Below, piece by piece: positions 62,773-64,000 of a DNA stretch of 64,000 nucleotides (positions within the stretch are counted from its first letter, which is position 1; each line of letters begins with the position of its first letter). Position numbers and translations under genes: made by a program. Under the pieces are notes generated by a model. That model saw nothing but the letters and a program-made list of their open reading frames with translations. It was not told the origin of the DNA and did no database searches. The stretch lies in assembly GCA_964383495.1 (NCBI GenBank), contig CAYLHG010000006.1:2214-66213 (forward strand), in the 5' to 3' direction. The DNA comes from an uncultured Gammaproteobacteria bacterium. Lineage in GTDB: Bacteria; Pseudomonadota; Gammaproteobacteria; JABCZS01.

Positions 62773-63793
62773 AACCCATTACCTCCGCTATCACGCCACG
62801 CTCTAATAAATAAGCTAATACAATGTCACGTTTACGATGATCATCCAAAGTGAAAATCATGGTGCCACAACCCTCACCTTGCAATGTTTCTAAATGCGCT
62901 TGTAAAATATTGACTGCTACACCGCATTCACGCACCAACCCCGACACCAATGGTTGCGTAGCTGCTTTGCCTCGAAAGGCTACATGAAACAGAGGTTGTC
63001 GATGTACATCAGTCACATGTGGCGATAATTTTTCTAACAAAGCCGCAGGCAACGCTTCTCCCATAGAACGAGATACCAACTTTTTAGTGAATGGATCTTG
63101 TGGGGAAGTAAATAAATCTAACACTTCACCTTGCTCAACTACTTTTCCTTTGTTCATCACGGCTACGCGCGTACAAATAGATTTAATCACTTCCATTTCA
63201 TGTGTAATCAATACAATTGTTAATCTTTTTTCATCACGCAAGCTTTTGAGTAATGCTAAAATTTGTTCTGTGGTTTCTGGATCTAATGATGAAGTAGATT
63301 CATCTGATAGTAAGATGCTCGGGTTATGAGCCAGGGCACGCGCAATCGCCACACGCTGCTTTTGCCCCCCGCTGAGTTGGCCCGGGTAACTTCTCGTAAC
63401 ATGTGATAATCCAACCCGATCCAATAACGCTGGCACACGACGTTGTATTTCTGTGTCCGATACATTCATTAAACGCAATGGCAACGCTACGTTCTCGAAT
63501 ACTGTTTTTGACATGACCAAATGAAAATGCTGAAAAATCATGCCAATTTGGCTGCGCGCTTTTCGTAAAGCAGTTTGATCTAAATGATGAATTCGTTGCT
63601 GATTCACCCACACTTCACCTTCCGTTGGAATTTCAAGCGCATTGATTAAACGTAACAATGTGCTTTTACCCGCACCACTTTCTCCGATAATGCCAAAAAT
63701 ATCACCTGCATGAATTCGCAAAACAGTAGGATGCAATGCAACAATAGAAGAAGCACCTTCATATACTTTGCTTGCATGTTTTAACTCAATCAT
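62756..63793 (-). CDS. metN: Methionine ABC transporter ATP-binding protein
   Basis: Walker A GESGAGKST, signature LSGGQKQRV, Walker B; C-terminal NIL/ACT-like regulatory domain. Confidence 0.9.
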   Translation of the reverse strand: MIELKHASKVYEGASSIVALHPTVLRIHAGDIFGIIGESGAGKSTLLRLINALEIPTEGEVWVNQQRIHHLDQTALRKARSQIGMIFQHFHLVMSKTVFENVALPLRLMNVSDTEIQRRVPALLDRVGLSHVTRSYPGQLSGGQKQRVAIARALAHNPSILLSDESTSSLDPETTEQILALLKSLRDEKRLTIVLITHEMEVIKSICTRVAVMNKGKVVEQGEVLDLFTSPQDPFTKKLVSRSMGEALPAALLEKLSPHVTDVHRQPLFHVAFRGKAATQPLVSGLVRECGVAVNILQAHLETLQGEGCGTMIFTLDDHRKRDIVLAYLLERGVIAEVMGYVSFD

Positions 63794-63796
63794 TGT

Positions 63797-64000
63797 TTAT
63801 ATCCATATTTTAACTGCAAGCATTGAACATATTGCAGCTGTCCCTAACAGGGTCATTGATAAAGGTAGCTGCGTTTTTACATGGTGCATTAAATCACATC
63901 CTGTGCTCATACTAGATAGCACGACCGTATCCGACACAGGCGAACATTGGTCACCTGCTACAGAACCTCCCAACACTGCGCCTAAACAAATTTGCACATA
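63797..64000 (-). CDS. Na+/H+ antiporter NhaC-family protein, C-terminal part; gene continues beyond window end
   Basis: C-terminus ...[31 protein letters not shown] matches the conserved NhaC C-terminal block. Confidence 0.55.
   Translation of the reverse strand, partial: YVQICLGAVLGGSVAGDQCSPVSDTVVLSSMSTGCDLMHHVKTQLPLSMTLLGTAAICSMLAVKIWI

Noticed and set aside
1-64000. CRISPR arrays, IS elements/transposases, integrases, rRNA genes
   Set aside because: No regularly spaced direct repeats, no transposase- or integrase-like ORFs and no rRNA-like sequence seen; the only mobile-element-like traces are the decayed ATPase fragment plus palindrome at about 47.5-48.0 kb.

Overview
The window looks like a gammaproteobacterial chromosome segment; the housekeeping gene order matches the E. 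coli pattern throughout. The ORF track sometimes uses TTG or GTG as starts, so several starts were re-placed by eye using ribosome-binding sites (RBS) and known N-termini.

Conserved blocks are glmM-folP-ftsH-rlmE with divergent yhbY; alaS-lysC-csrA; prfC; kbl-tdh plus an SstT-like transporter; rpoN-hpf-ptsN-hprK-rapZ-EIIA(Man); pmbA/tldD; zapB-zapA-6S RNA-ygfA; dnaJ-dnaK-grpE with sigma32 promoters; nadK-recN-bamE-fur; tRNA-Met; metQIN.

Three accessory regions sit between these blocks.

1. A roughly 19.5 kb island that looks more AT-rich by eye (not computed). It carries a single intact giant ORF of about 4975-4983 aa, a YD/Rhs-repeat protein with an unusual C-terminus (LysM-like stretch, glycine-zipper hydrophobic helices, coiled coil). 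Downstream on the same strand are an ankyrin-repeat protein and a polytopic membrane protein with a J domain (HPD motif). The island lies between the kbl-tdh-sstT block and rpoN. This is the best candidate for a novel system, either a polymorphic-toxin/immunity unit or an effector island.

2. A region between ygfA and dnaJ holding a decayed AAA-ATPase pseudogene, a 28-bp perfect palindrome, two tandem paralogous membrane proteins and a secreted protein.

3. A tRNA-Met-adjacent set of orphan genes next to fur.

Two smaller items stand out. Two tandem duplicated outer-membrane beta-barrel genes lie upstream of a 664-aa coiled-coil plus polytopic membrane protein. A 15-mer, AGGACTTACGCAAAA, recurs next to sigma32-type promoter elements, and a 45-nt direct repeat brackets nadK.

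The organism is probably a Legionellales-like intracellular gammaproteobacterium, judged from the eukaryote-like domains and the PTS-Ntr/HprK cluster. This cannot be verified without database searches.
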